From Eledone cirrhosa (lineage: Eukaryota), in the NCBI GenBank assembly GCA_964016885.1, contig OZ024743.1, positions 105,276,001 to 105,340,000 on the forward strand: a stretch of DNA of 64,000 nt, given 5' to 3'. This document shows, one piece after another, positions 36,502 through 53,749 of this stretch (position 1 is the first letter of the stretch; each line of letters opens with the position of its first letter). The translations under genes were made by a program, and so were the position numbers. Under the pieces are notes generated by a model. It saw nothing but the letters and a program-made list of their open reading frames with translations, was not told where the DNA came from and made no database searches.

Positions 36502-38122
36502 AATGACAGCAAGAACAACAACAGCAACGATGATAACAACACCACAACGAACAACAACACGAACAACTCCACGAACAAGGAAAAGATTTCCTTTGCTCAA
36601 ACCGTCCAAAAGACGGAACTGTTCACATAACTTGACATTTCCAATGCTAGGGAAATGTTAAGCGGTGCAAAACAGTAAGTAACTTTTGGTGAGAGTGGTG
36701 CTTTCAGCATCACTTCTAAACAGTTACGCAGAGAAACTGTTCTAAAAACAGTAATGTTTAGGACGGTTTCAAATGTGTCGAAAAAACCAGTTCAATTATC
36801 CCAAAACGATATTGAACTGTTTCTGAAGAATTCCATGAAGGATATTGCCTTCATCCAAAAAGGGAAACTTTTTGGAAGCATTTCGGTGTTGTTAAAAGAC
36901 TAATTGACGACACAAAAATATTCTGTATCGTCGATTGTGTCCCCTTTTACACCTTTTTCCCCACATATATGGGAAAAAGGACACAAAAGATAAAAATTTC
37001 GAACATTGCACCAAATATAAACTCTGGGGGATTTTAACTGGCTTCATCGATTATGACGAAGACACCATCATTTCGGTGGGAAAGTCCCCCAGAGGCACAT
37101 TCAATGGTACAATCATGGAAGTTTTGGTACAAATGAGGCCAGAAAGGATAGCTAAAATACCCCAACGTGTGCCTCTGGATGGAATTTCACACATAAACAT
37201 TTCTGTTGAGGGTAGGCGGCCTTTCTGTTACCACTGTTTAAGCAGTGGTCACCTGAAGGCTTACTGTCCTCAGTTAACTACAAAAAAAGAGGCACTACTG
37301 CCAACACCCAAAACAACAACACAACCACCACCACCACAACAACACCAACAACACGCAAACATAACCAAAACAGGAACAACAAACCAACCTGCAAGCACAG
37401 TGCCACCCAACCCCACTCTACCTAAAATCACTGCAAAATGACCCACAAACACAACAGCTCCCCAAAACATACACCTTCAAAATAACACAGACACGACATC
37501 GGACGAGGCCCCCTCATCATCATCACCAAGTGACGATGAGGGAGAGCCTCTCCGTTCGAAAAGAAAGAAAAAAAGACACCACAAGAACAAAAAAACAACA
37601 AACATCACTACAAACATACAACCACCAACACAAACAACACAAACATTACAAACAAACTCCCCCCGCCCCGAAAGCAAAACCACGACATCACTCCAAACAC
37701 AAACACCTACAACAAAACGAAAGTTCCCACAGGAACAACAAACAAAAACCACCGCAACACAGCAAGAACAATACACATACATAAACAGTAAAATCAAAAC
37801 TTTAATGCAGGACATTTCCAACGACCATTTTTCGAACTGTGTAGACAAACCTAATTTAAAGATGATTAGGGTCCCTGCGGACACCTATAAGTCTTTAAAG
37901 TAAAACTTTCCTAAGGACGTGGGTAATCCTTGTGTTAAACCCATTAACCGCGTCCTTTTAAAAAGTTTCCCCACCCTCACCCCAGACACATCCACACCAG
38001 ACAGCCCCTCCCCACCAAACATCTCCGTCCACACCCCGCTGGAAACCACCACCCACCCAGACAACCCCTCTAACACTCCCATGGAAATCGGGCGGCCTGA
38101 TCCCTGGGAGACGAAGAGGTGA
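36238..38122 (+). pseudogene. LINE ORF1 (poly-Asn tract, CCHC knuckle, Thr/Pro-rich tail), disrupted
   Basis: ATG at 36238, (AAC)n, SFAQTV, CYHCLSSGHLKAYC, FPKDVG. Several stops and frameshifts. Confidence 0.85.
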
Positions 38123-38162
38123 GTTTTTTCTTCTCCTCTTCTTTTAACTTTTCAGAAACAAC

Positions 38163-41100
38163 ATGGCCAATATAAGAGTTGGATGTGTGAATGTACGCGG
38201 CCTGGGGATGTCTTGGAAACAGGGCAAACTCTTAAACGATCTCTGGTCGCACATTATGGATGTAGTAGCTATTTGCGAGTCCCGGATCCACAGCGAGCGA
38301 CAGCTGGCCCCCATCTTCGATGACTTTGAGATCTACGCATCTCTCTGTCAACCGGGGTGTGGGGGCGGGGTTGCTGTTTGCTGCGGAAACACCTGGGCCT
38401 GGAAACACAGGCGCTACATCTGGACCCGGAGGGTCGACTGGTGGTCCTAGACGTTAACGGTAGTGAAGGTGGAGCCTTCAGGCTTGTGGCCGCATTGCCC
38501 CATCCGGGACACCGCGGCCAGACTTCTTCAAACGTCTAGAGACTTTTCTGGGAAGGTCCCAATCCTTACTTTTAGTGGGGGACTGGAATGGAATCCAAGA
38601 TGCACGTTGGGACTAGGTGGGAGCATGTCCCGATAAAGGGGGTGTAACAGCCTCAAACAGTTAATCGGCCGATTTGACCTGGCCGATAGATATCAACTAG
38701 ATTTTCCGACTGTGCCACTGTGGACGTAGACTAATCGTAACGGAACATCTAGTTCGTACCTAGATAGGGTTCTACTTAGAAATAAGGATAGGGACATGTT
38801 AAGCTGTCCACAAATGTTCATGAGCCTATTCAGATCACAAGCATGGTCAACCTTGACAGAACACATAGACAAGGACCCGGCTACTGGAAGCTGAACTTGT
38901 CGTTACCGACAAGCAAAGCCTACAGTAGACGGATTAGCACTTTAGTTAAACAGCACTTGACAGGGGCCATTGTCAACAACAGATGGTGGTACTCTCTCAA
39001 GATGGCAGTTAGATTAGACTCGTTAGTTTTTAGTAAAGAATTAGCGTTAGTTAGAAATAGGACCGAGAAGGAACTGGTAGATAAAGTAGAAGAGGCAATT
39101 AGAAGTGGCAACGTAGCCAGCGTGCTAGCAACGAGAACGGCATTGGACCAGTTCTTCGACGCAAAGTACGAGGGCTGCGTTGTCAGAAGCAAAATACGTG
39201 CTCTGGGAAACGAGGGAACCAAAGCTGTTAGCTGGGCCCAAGTGACGGAGGAAAAAAGTGGCAACAAGTATACGATTCGGTCTTTGAAGGACTAAGACGG
39301 ACGCGGGATACGTGAGCCGAAGCAGATGTGTGCGGCCTTTCAGCGGCACTAGGCTCAACGCCGGTAGGGGCTGTGGATATCGGTCCACACCTCGAAGGCC
39401 AACCGCGACCCTCGGACAGCGAGGCGAATTTCTGCGAAAAGCCGATTTCAACCGCTGAGATAGGGTCTCGACGGTCTACCCTACGAATTTTACGTAGCAA
39501 TGCCGGACTTATTCTCCGGTCTCCTAGAAGCTTCTACTGCAACTGGCAGCCTAACGGGAGAATTCCCAGTTCTGTGACCGGGGGCGTAGTCATACTAGTC
39601 AGGAAGGACGAGAATAAGAGGGATGGCATAGGCAACTTCCGGCCCATAACTCTGCTAAACACAGAGTTACAGATTTTGGCCAAGGCGTTGGCAAAGAGGC
39701 TGGCGCTTGTCGTCGAGAACCTGGTGGGAGAAGCGCAGACATGCGCAATCCCGACCAGGTCCATACACGACAACCTCCACTTCAGGCGATACATCATAGA
39801 GAGGGTAGGGTGTAAACCCGGCTTAGGTGGGGCCCTGATCAACTTGGATCAGTCTAAGGCTTTCGATAGGGTTGACCATCGTTACCTGGATGCGGTGCTC
39901 GAGGCGGCAGGCTTCGGACCCGTGTTCAGGGGCTGGATTGCTGCAACGCACAACAGCAACATCAGCTCATGGGTCAAGGTGAACGGTTACCTTTCGGAGC
40001 CATTCCATATCACGCGATCCATTCGACAGGGATGCCCTCTCTCCTCCCTTCTGTACGTACTGACTCTCGAGCCACTACAGCGGAAGTTGGAGCTATTGCA
40101 AGGCATCCGTTTGGAACCGGGACTGCGGAAAACGGCGTTGTCCCACGCCGACGACGTGACAGTAATGGTGTGGAATACCTCGCAAATCGAGGAAGTCGGC
40201 ACTTTACTGAAGGAATACGAAAGGTTCACAGGAGCGAAGCTGAACCGGGAAAAGTCCATCGGTTTACAACTCGGATCGTGAAGAGGCAAACCGATGCCTT
40301 CAGATGGCCTCATCGGACGCTGGACGCAAGGACTGGTAAAGCTGCTCGGAGTCTGGTTTGGTCCGGACCTCCAGGTGGAGAAGAATTGGAACGAGGTGAC
40401 GGCCAAGGTGTTTGCACTCACCCAGAAGTGGGCCGAGTGCAAACTATCTTTGAAAGGTCGAGCGGAGGTGGCGAACACTTTTATAGCGTCCGCCATCTAC
40501 TACCACTTGACCGTCGTGCCTTGTCCAGCCAAAGCGTTCACCAAAATGGAGCGCGCGCTCTTCCAATTTCTCTGGAAGAGGCGGGCTCCTTTGGTGAGAA
40601 GATCCATCTGCTGCCAACACACTTCCAACGGAGGGCTGGGGTAGCCGTGGCTGACGATGCGCAAACACGCGCTCAGGCTGCGGCGTCGCTACGTATTCCT
40701 CACCGGACAACCGGTGTGGGCCCCGTTCGTGAGGCGAGCCTTTGCACGACTCGTCTCGCTGACCGAGCTACAGTCCTGGGTCAAGCAGAGACCGAGGAAA
40801 ATGGGCGACTGGCACATCGAATCTGCTCAGGCGCTCACAGCCCTCTGGCAGGCGGACCCGGCGATCAGTGGAGACTCCAATTCGTCATTCTATAGAGGGT
40901 TGATCCGCAGCAAGTGGGACGACGCGCTCGGTGAAACTCTAGGCGTAGAGGAAGACGAACCGATGGACAACTTCCAAAAGTCCCTGGCCTGGCAGTGCTA
41001 CCGAGGAGCTCTACCAGTTCGAGACGAGCTCTACAGACATGGGCGCCCGGGCAGGGACCCTTCGAAAAAGATCTTTCCGAGGTGCGTGCGAGACGAAGAA

Positions 41101-41168
41101 ACCGTCGCGCACGCATTCATACACTGCCCGGGTGTTACCGACCTGTGGGGCTATGTAGAACGACTATT
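38163..41168 (+). pseudogene. LINE ORF2 (APE-RT), disrupted
   Basis: CVNVRGL, GPGYWKLN, FRPITLLN, DQSKAFDRV, RQGCPLS, HADD. Multiple stops and frameshifts. Confidence 0.93.
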
Positions 41169-41192
41169 TTTAAATTGCATTAATATATTATT

Positions 41193-41344
41193 AATATATG
41201 AACAACAGTCCGGTTGTAGAACCAACCAACCAACTGGATACTTATATATAATTTTTTTAATTTATAATTTAATTTGAAAATAAATTGAAGTGAAAGCAAC
41301 TGGTACGTGTGTTTCTTATTGGCAACATGACCCTCCCAAAGTAT

Positions 41345-41352
<8 letters not shown>
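41193..41352 (+). mobile_element. 3' fragment of the HHR element at 42800-43138
   Basis: Aligns with 42975-43138 and ends ..CCCAAAGTATAACAATATA into (TA)n. Confidence 0.8.
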
Positions 41353-41396
<44 letters not shown>

Positions 41397-41400
<4 letters not shown>

Positions 41401-41662
41401 GAAAGGTATAGAAAATATTATTGTAGCAAAAAGCCAATATATATAGTAATAATGATAAATGCGAAGGCTAAAATCCAAAGAAGGCTCGATAAGGATAAAT
41501 ATATATATCAAATATATAAGAACCCTAGAGCAAATATTTATTAAAATAACAGATTACAGTTTAAGCAAGGAATCGCTGCTTTCACCCTTAACGGGTTTTA
41601 GAAGATTCCATTAAAGGTGAAAGCACCGATTCTTTGCTTTAACTTTAATCTGTTATTTTAAT
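41397..41662. mobile_element. Solo inverted pair of PLE pLTR ends (family of 13559-18125)
   Basis: 41541-41595 (-) mirrors 41607-41662 (+). The centre lies inside the HHR motif. Confidence 0.85.
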
Positions 41663-42303
41663 ATATATATAGAGAGAGAGTGAAGAATAACATGTTCGTC
41701 TGTACAAAAAGGGCTTTATTTACAGTATTAACAATTGTTTCATTGATCAGGTGAGTCTAAAGGCCCTTGATCACTCGAAGTTGCGTCACTCGACCTTAAA
41801 TGGAGTGTGCGTCTCTGATCAAATCATCTGAATACTGGAGGGTGTAACACATGGAACTGGTATTTATAAATACATCGGAGAATCAAGTGAATGAAAACAA
41901 TAACGCCAATAATAAAAGGTAATAAAAATTATTTAGGTAATCCAGTTAGAGGTTGTGAGTACAGAGCACTCACAACCTCTCACTGGATTACCTAAAACGA
42001 TAACTTGTTATCCCATATATATATACATATATATGTATATGTATAATACATGTATAAATATACGTGTGTATGTGTGTATGTAAACGGAAGCATGCATGTA
42101 TATATGTACAAATGCGGAGATACACATAAACATGTGCATAGTTGTATTTATCGTACATTTTACAACGCATTACTATTTCAATGACATTAACCACTAAAGG
42201 ATGGTTTGTAATCTTTGTATTGTGGTATATTCAAAAAAATATTTCCTGGCTCTCTCATCTCAATTTTCCTATCGTTGCTCTCTCTCTCTCGCTCTCTCTC
42301 TCC

Positions 42304-42408
<105 letters not shown>

Positions 42409-42672
42409 TCTCTCTCTCTCTTACTCTGCCATTCCTTCTTCCCCTTTTTGGTAGCAACAAAGTTATTTCAAGAATTTTCACCAGATTCAGAGAAATTGTG
42501 ATGAGGGAAAAATTATTTTAAATGTCTGTAGATTGGCTTTGATTTCAATAAGTTGTTCGTGTATGTATGTATCTGTATTGCTAGGTTTGCATATGTGCTT
42601 ATGCGTGTGTGCATATATATATATAGGGAGTGAGAAAGAGAGGGAGAGAGACAAATGGATAGATAGATAGAT

Positions 42673-42790
42673 GTTTCTTTATTAGCCACAGGAGCACAAA
42701 AGAAGGGGACAAATACAAAGGGGGAAGTTTACATACAATTAAAACATGTAAAATATTAACACAAATGCAAACTAATTAGTAACATGTGAA
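42673..42790 (-). mobile_element. Extreme 3' end of a Tx1-like LINE
   Basis: Minus strand GTATGTAAACTTCCCC.TTTGTATTTGT.CCCTTCTTTTGTGC..TGTGGCTAATAAAGAAAC matches 21178-21240 and is followed by (ATCT)n. Confidence 0.85.
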
Positions 42791-42799
42791 TAAACAAAT

Positions 42800-43138
42800 A
42801 AATAAACAAATAAAAACGCACACAGGCACCCGGATGTAACACATGCGCAAACTAAGCACAAAACACACAATATAACAAGACGGCGTAGGACAGAACAAAG
42901 GAGAGGAACAAAACAAAGAAAAAAATCCCCGGTCACTGATGAGGTCACAGAATGTGTAACGAAAGAACTTTGACAATATATGAACAACTGTCCGGTTGTG
43001 GAACCAACCAACCAACCGGAAATTTATAATTTTTTTTTTAAATTTATAATTTAAATTGAAATTTATAATTTAAAGTGAAAGTTATTGGTGCGTGTGTTTC
43101 TTATTGGCAACATGACCGTCCCAAAGTATAACAATATA
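42800..43138 (+). mobile_element. Non-coding HHR-bearing element (probable PLE pLTR)
   Basis: Contains an HHR. Its 3' part is repeated at 41193-41352 with the same 3' end. Confidence 0.65.
42932..42974 (+). ncRNA. Type I hammerhead ribozyme, canonical core
   Basis: gtca-CTGATGA-ggtcaca gaa tgtgtaac-GAAA-gaa-CTT-tgac. Confidence 0.75.
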
Positions 43139-43411
43139 GGTTTCAACACACATTTTCACATAAAGAATCTTGCTAAACAAATTCAGAAACGAAATATATA
43201 TATATATATATATATATAGTTGTGTATAATGGTAGCTATGGAGCTACCATAGGCGGTATGCCAAAATTAGCACTCGATATTCAAAAGAACCTGCAGCCGT
43301 AGAATCAGCCAGATCCGTACAGGGACCATGTCTCGAGCTACCTGCCGGCGAAACAATTGTAACACGCAATAAATTAAGTCCAGATGCATCACTGATTTTT
43401 CGTTTTCTTTA

Positions 43412-43465
<54 letters not shown>

Positions 43466-43479
43466 ATGTGTGTGTCTTA

Positions 43480-43840
43480 TCAGTTTACTACTATTAATAT
43501 CATTTTCTATACACGGTAGCTGGAAAATATTCGGTTATTCTAAACAGAATATTAGTCTCTTGATTTCTATGATAGCAAGAATTTATTCTTCCCGCTCTAC
43601 ATAATGTCATAATTCTTATATCTCGCTCATCGCAAGAGAACGTCATCACACACAACCGTTATGTTTTCCTCTTTTCTAAAGGCAATATTCGGTCGTGATG
43701 TTTTTAAAATATTTACTTCTGCATCTACAGATTCATTTAACTTAGTTTCAGATGATCCGCGTAGGGAGAAAGCAAAACTTATTTGCTTAAACTATTAATC
43801 TGTACTAATAATAAATATTTACTCTACGGTTTTATATTTA

Positions 43841-43896
<56 letters not shown>

Positions 43897-44980
43897 AACC
43901 TTATCGAGCCCTCTTTTGTTTTTGGTCTTTGTGTTATTCCCAGCTTGGCTCCTTCGGCCGAGCACTCTTCAGTCTTAAAACCACTATGCAGAAACCAGAA
44001 ACCAGAATTTTATATTTCTACGAAAAATATTCCTGTACCAAGCGGGAAGATATACTTAAATATACTCATTCAAAAACCTGATCCTTTCCTAAAAAGGATG
44101 CGTTGGCGTGCTTTTAATTTCGCCCACGAGGATAAAGCTGATAAACACCAGGGAAATCTTGGATTTATGACTTACAACAACACTCCAAGCAACCCAGCTT
44201 CTTACCTTCTAAAATTTTGAAATAGAAGAAGTATCTCATTTCAACAGGTTTTGGAGATTATAATCCGACGGATAAAGATTCTAAGGCTGTTCATGTTCAT
44301 TCCGATAAAACCGGGAGAGGAGTACATACCACCAATTGATACATAATGCTGTAACTAAAGATTAGCGGAAAACTGATCGGAGAGTTATTAACATCAACAA
44401 CCCTGGTTTAAACATTACTTCGGTACTAAACATCTAGGACTGGGATGTTCAATATCAACACATCTATTCGGCTCATTAACCCCACTAAGTCTGAGTTATG
44501 TAGGCTTAGTAAAAGAATTTTAGATAGGGCTATTCCCAAAATTAGTGATATGACCCCTTTGGCCTTGTTAAATAATTCTTTCTCCGTGATTTATAGGTTC
44601 AAGCGTATAGGAAACAAGGAAAACTGCCGTGTTTATCCAATTCGGCTTCAACAGCTACTATTCTTCCATCACATTACTTAGAGCTATTTATTTCCCCAAA
44701 ACGCCACGAAAATTAAAGATATTGAAGTTGATGTCATCTTAAATCCTCGTAAGTCTGTGATAAATTTCGACAACTCTATTTGGCTTAAACATTCAAATAG
44801 TACCCCATTCGACATGAGCATTGGCGTAAGCGATACAAAGGAGGTCCCAAACTTTATTGGTCTATATTTATTGTTTTCCATCAAGGATGAATTCCCTAAT
44901 GTAGGTGGGCGTCTGTAACGTGGTGGTGTTTATTTGACTATGACTAAGTGTGGTCCCCGCGATATTGATAGGTTTCAACC
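43480..44980 (+). mobile_element. Decayed Penelope-like element: 5' pLTR with HHR, then N-terminal and RT remnants
   Basis: STKNIP, FLKRMRWRA, RLINPTKSEL, PFDMSIG.SD..EV..FIG. Related to 15700-16110. Confidence 0.85.
43744..43793 (+). ncRNA. HHR-like motif, U4A core variant
   Basis: agttt-CAGATGA-tcc gcgtag gga-GAAA-gcaaa actta tttgc-TT-aaact. Confidence 0.72.
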
Positions 44981-45073
44981 TTTCCATTTCAAACTTTCTA
45001 AGTTGACACCAACCTATCAGATTCATATTCTTCAATTCATTTTGAATGAAACACTTCTATTCCTGTATAAGCC

Positions 45074-45169
<96 letters not shown>

Positions 45170-45399
45170 TATATTTGTATGTGTGTACATAACTGTACGT
45201 TTCTTATGTCTGTACGTATATGTGTGCATGTATATCTCTGTATGTATGGATGTATAAAGGAACGTTTGGTGTTTCTTTGCTAAGGAATACCACATTTTTT
45301 TATTTTTGTGTATTCGTTTGTCATATAAGGGGCAATTATAATAATTTTCTTGATAATCTTTACATTTTCATTTTCATAATACATTATTGGTGTGAGGGG

Positions 45400-45862
45400 G
45401 GGAGGGGGAACTGCCGGTTTAAAATAAACTCTACAGGGAAGGAAATGCTTTCAGACGGACACCTGTCTGAGATGCGGGCAGAGTGACGAAACCGTTGTAC
45501 ACGCTTTTGTGCAGTTATGACGACATAACTGCACATTGTCGCGTGAAAGACAGTTCCGGCTATAGAGTGAGGCCATAGTGAAGATCACCACTCCGCCTTC
45601 CTTTGGCCAGGAAGGGCAGGTAGATTTCCTGTCTGGTGACTGTAACATAAGAGGTTGTGAGGTAGACCAGATTGAGAGGACTGAAGACAGTCATTTTTCT
45701 CTGCGGTCAATCCCTCATTGACTTTTTCAAGTTTCACTTGGCATGGAAGGTGAGGGTGCAGACAGAAGTGCTGCCACCACCAGAGCATTTGCTAAAGGTT
45801 GGTGAATGTGGCGAGAATGACCCTTGTGAATGGGCCTATTCTGAGCAGGCATCTGTAGACTG
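45400..45862 (+). pseudogene. Old Tx1-like ORF2 C-terminal fragment
   Basis: KLYR..CLRCGQSDETVVHAFVQ and LIDFFKFHL. Confidence 0.75.
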
Positions 45863-45867
45863 GTTAG

Positions 45868-46140
45868 TCTTCCGGATTGATCCTTACTCCCGTCAAATTT
45901 TCGTATTTCCCTAAGAAGTTGCCGGACTCCTTCATTTATGAAGTGTTCGACACCATCACAGTGACGTCGTCCGCATATGACGATGCGGCCCTTCCACCTC
46001 CCGGTTCAAAGAAGATAACCTACATCAGCTCCAGCTTCCGTAGTAGTGGCTCGAGAATCAGTATATAGAGAAGGGAGGAGATAGGTTATCCTTGACGGAC
46101 CAGGCGCGAGATCTAGAACGGTTCCGATTGATGACCATTT
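45868..46140 (-). pseudogene. Old Tx1-like RT fragment, tail-to-tail with the previous feature
   Basis: Minus strand VRQG.P.SSLLY.L.LEPLLRKLE and SYADDVTV. Confidence 0.8.
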
Positions 46141-46217
46141 ACTTTAACCAAATGGTAGTAGTAGTAGTAGTAGACGTAGACGTAGTAGAAGCTGCAGCAG
46201 CAGCATTATTAGTAGTA

Positions 46218-46635
46218 TGGATTGGCAGTATCGGTAGAGGGTCGGACGCCATGCTTTCCAGCATAGTTACGTCCCTTTACGATCTGAGTTCAAATCCCGC
46301 CGAGGTTGACTTTGCCTTTCATCCTTACGGGGTCGATAAAATAAAGTACCAGTAATGTACTGGTTAATTGCTGGCCTTGTGCCTAAAGTAGAAACAATTA
46401 TTAGTAGTAGTAAGGGGCGGTCGATTGGCAGAATCAGTAGAGGGTCGGACGCCATGCTTTGCAGCTTAGAGTTACGGCCCTTTATGATCTGAGTTCAAAT
46501 CCCGCCGGGGTTAACTTTGCCTTTCATCCTTACGGATAAAAAAGAAAAAGTACCAGTCACATACTGGAGTCGATTTAATCGACTTTCCTCTCCCCCCAAA
46601 TTGCTGGCCTTGTTCTTATATAAGAAACCATTATT
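46218..46635 (+). mobile_element. Tandem SINE pair (subtype B then A) in (TAG)n
   Basis: Two copies of the B-box and core, at 46218-46400 and 46414-46635. Confidence 0.9.
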
Positions 46636-47699
46636 AGTAGTAGTAACAGCAGCAGCATCAACACTAGTAGTAGTATGAATAGTAGTAGTAGTAGTAGTAG
46701 TAGTAGCAACAGCAGCTGTAGTAGTAGTAGTAGTAACAGTGATATTATTTGTCTACAATTTCTACTATCATCTTTGCGTTATTTTATCTTATTTTCCTTT
46801 TTTTATTTTATCGTATTCCTAATATCTTTCCTTGTTTTTTTTTTGTGATTGTAGTTTCTGATTATCAATATATTATTATTATTATTATTATAATTGTTTT
46901 TGTCATGTTAAATTTTCATCTCGCCATATTGTTGTTGTGTATTAATTATATTTTGGAAACAAATGAATTTAATGCGACAATAATTAATTTACTACATCTG
47001 TATCTGTTTCTCTTTATCATCACTAACATTTGTGGAATTCTCAGAGAATTTCGTTTTGGTTTTGTTTATGCTGTAGTTGCTATTGTGATTTTCGAAATTT
47101 ATTTTCTTGTTGCTGTTTATAATTCTTGTTTATTTTCTCGTTCTTGCTAGTTGTTTTTAAATGTATGTATCTCTTTCTGGTGTTCTTATTGTAATATCTA
47201 ATATAGTTGCTTTTTTGTTGTTAATTCTTTACATTGTTGTTGTCCAAAAATATGCGAAGATTCTTTACAGCGTTGGTGATGTATTAACAAAATATGGAAT
47301 ATGGATTATAGATATAAAATGGTAGTAACATTGGTATTGGTGTTTCATCTCATGGGGAATTTTATGGAATGCAAATGTTCAAATTGATGCGGGAGAAACG
47401 CTGATGTTGAATGTAATGACGTAATAATGAAATATGTGATTTTTGATAACATTTTTTAAATGGTGACAACAACGCAACGTTGTTTTCGTTGTTGTTGTAT
47501 GTTGGTCTTTGTTGGAAAATGCCTGTTTTAAGTGGGGAAATGATGATTGCTGTTGAGGAATAGTTACAATAGTATAGGTAATGCATGTTGTTGATTAGAT
47601 ACACATCAGCTCCCATTGACAAATATAGTTGTGATTCGATTCATATACGCAGTGGTTTATGATTGGAGTTTGTTCTGATTTTGTACAGGGCGTGATTTG

Positions 47700-48440
47700 G
47701 ATATTTCCTGGCCTCATACCATTTAAGAGTTTTCATGAAAAAAGATTTTCGGCTTCCATTTCAGAGAGGCTTCATATGAATAGGAATGGACAGAGCTAAT
47801 CATATTTCCCCGTCATACGTTAATCGTATTACTTAGATTACTGAACCAGGCCCTTACGACCACCTCTTCGTTCAAGATGTGATCATGCAAAGAAATCTTA
47901 AGAATGGTTCTAAGGTGACTTCGAAGAAAGCCTTCTACAGTTCACCATCCCTCTTTGTTTTATCTAAAGTTTATATTGCACTTGATGGAGCATTGGGCAA
48001 CGAGAGATCTCCATCTCGCACTATTACAAGTCCTATCACAGAGTTGCTCCTAGGATAATTATCTGCCAATATTTTTTGTAGCAATGAATGTATGCTGCTC
48101 CATCCGACGTCCCTTCTCTAACTCAGATTTCCGACCTCAAGTTGCAATGCGATCCATACCCTTAAATATAAGGCAATTTTAGGTATAATCAGCCAGTTCA
48201 CCACTAACTAATGTTGATTATTGCTACACCATAACTCGGACTAAAATATTAATCACATGTCTGTAATTCATAACTATCCAACACCATATAACAATTTGGT
48301 ATTTCAATGGTGTTTCAATGGTATTTCAATGGTGTTTCCCGGGGACCCTTAATACTAGGCACCATATCAGGTATTTTCAAAGGCAATCAGCCAAGATGCC
48401 CTGTATAATATCGGAGTCAACTAGACACTACCGGGATTAC
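47700..48440 (-). mobile_element. Probable old LINE 3' fragment (unclassified)
   Basis: GC-richer coding-like island with a Cys/His remnant. No clean motif. Confidence 0.25.
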
Positions 48441-48619
48441 ACGTTTAGATTTGTATGAATATTAATCTATTTTATGGTGCTAAACAGATTAAAGCATCAG
48501 ATACTTAATATATCGATACTTTGATCGAGATAATATTTTTATCATTTTCATTGCGTTCTTAACATAAATCTCTTTACAGTTGAATATTTCTTTGTTGTCA
48601 CAAGAACTTTATCTCAGCA

Positions 48620-52190
<3,571 letters not shown>

Positions 52191-53749
52191 TATGAATGTA
52201 TAAATTATTAAAAAATATATAACACAAAACAAAAAAATAAAAGAAAAGCTTAATAGAAAATTATAAAAGAATCAACAATAGCAACAACTACATAACTTCG
52301 TAGAACAATAACGAATTTATTAGTCTTTAATTAATCTAAAAACAACAACATCAACAACAACGAAAATCACAATAGCAACAGTGATATGATGAAGGTAAAA
52401 GAAGAAAACTGAGAAAAAATAATAACACAAAATTGATTAATAAGCTGTAGAAAAATGAAAAAACAACTAAATATAAAAGGAAACACGAAATAGAACGAAG
52501 ACATATTATCCATAGCAACTGAAGCTTCAGGAACATAACAGGTTTTGATTTTAACATTGCTTTACAATTACTCTAATTACTCACTAAATGAATTGAAGGC
52601 ACTTGGGATCTGCTGCGCTGTATTTTGAAATTGGAAACAAATAGTTAGGATGATTCATTCTGTGGCTGACAGGGCACATTGGAATATGTTTTGAAATATA
52701 ATAAAAAATGACATAACAGCTATGAAAAGTTAAACAATATTTAACAGCTTCGAATAAAATAAATAAATAAATAAAAATTAATAAATAAATAAATCTAAAC
52801 TATAAACATGGAACGTATATTAGCTTACAATGAATGTAGTTGAATTTTAAATTGATAAATATTTATAGAAAATGAAGCAAGTAATATTTGAGTGAGGCTT
52901 TAGGAATTCGGATTTCCATTATCAAGCGGAACATTGACGTAACGTATCTTGTTACCGTCAGTTCAAGTTAACTGTACTGATTTTCTAAAAATATGATAAT
53001 CACAGATTGGCAGAATCAATCTAACAGTGAATATATGTTTCACCTCTTTAGGCAGTGTGGTCACCGTTAAAGTAACAAATTGTTATAGTTAATATATTTG
53101 ATTGCTCAACTGATTTACAAATATCTATACAATTTTACTGATTTGTATTATTGAACTGTAGACATGACATCTATCTTAGAGTCTGTTATATTAAGCATAG
53201 TATTTATTTTAGTCATTGGATCAAGAATTATAGACATCGGGAAGATGAAATATAAAGTAGAATTGAGAGGGCCTTATACCCAAAATTTAAAATGATTTAA
53301 TCAAATACCTATAGTGATTGTGATTAAAGATTTGCTCATGAGTGTGATTCCGGGTTCAATTCCAATTTGCAACACACAGAACAAGAGTTCTGCCATAGCG
53401 TCAAGTTGATCAATCAGCATGCTGTGAAGAGTGACTTTGTAAATTTCTCATTGTGTAAGGGGTTTCAACCATAGTCTCGCTTGGGTTGATCAACTTGTGG
53501 TCTATGAACGTTTGTAAAGCGACAATGAGTACATTTGTAAAGCGACATTGAGCAAACGATTCTTGTAATTGGGTATTAGATTTAATCTGTATCCAGTTTA
53601 ACATAGCCAGCAGTCTCTCTATCAAGGTTCAAAATCCAAGGTCTTTCTTGTAAGAACTTGGTTCTCACGTCCCTCTTTCAATTTCTCTCTTGCACGACAC
53701 ACCTTGCAAAGTCACACGTTAAGCAAATTAACAACTCGAATAACTGCCT

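Larger units (their letters stand above)
36030..41168 (+). mobile_element. Tx1-like LINE copy 3: 5' UTR, ORF1 and ORF2, decayed and 3'-truncated
   Basis: Begins after (TATC)n. ORF1 and ORF2 remnants are collinear with copy 1. Shares the HGRPGRDPSKK insertion with copy 2. Confidence 0.92.

Noticed and set aside
42673-43138. A minus-strand non-autonomous SINE-like element carrying a Tx1 3' tail
   Set aside because: Better explained as a Tx1 3' end (-) abutting a separate plus-strand HHR element. The shared boundary at 43138/41352 is that element's 3' end.
43220-43415. TA-flanked insert with GAAACAATTGTA (HHR 3' half)
   Set aside because: No recognisable CTGANGA upstream and no second copy to confirm it.
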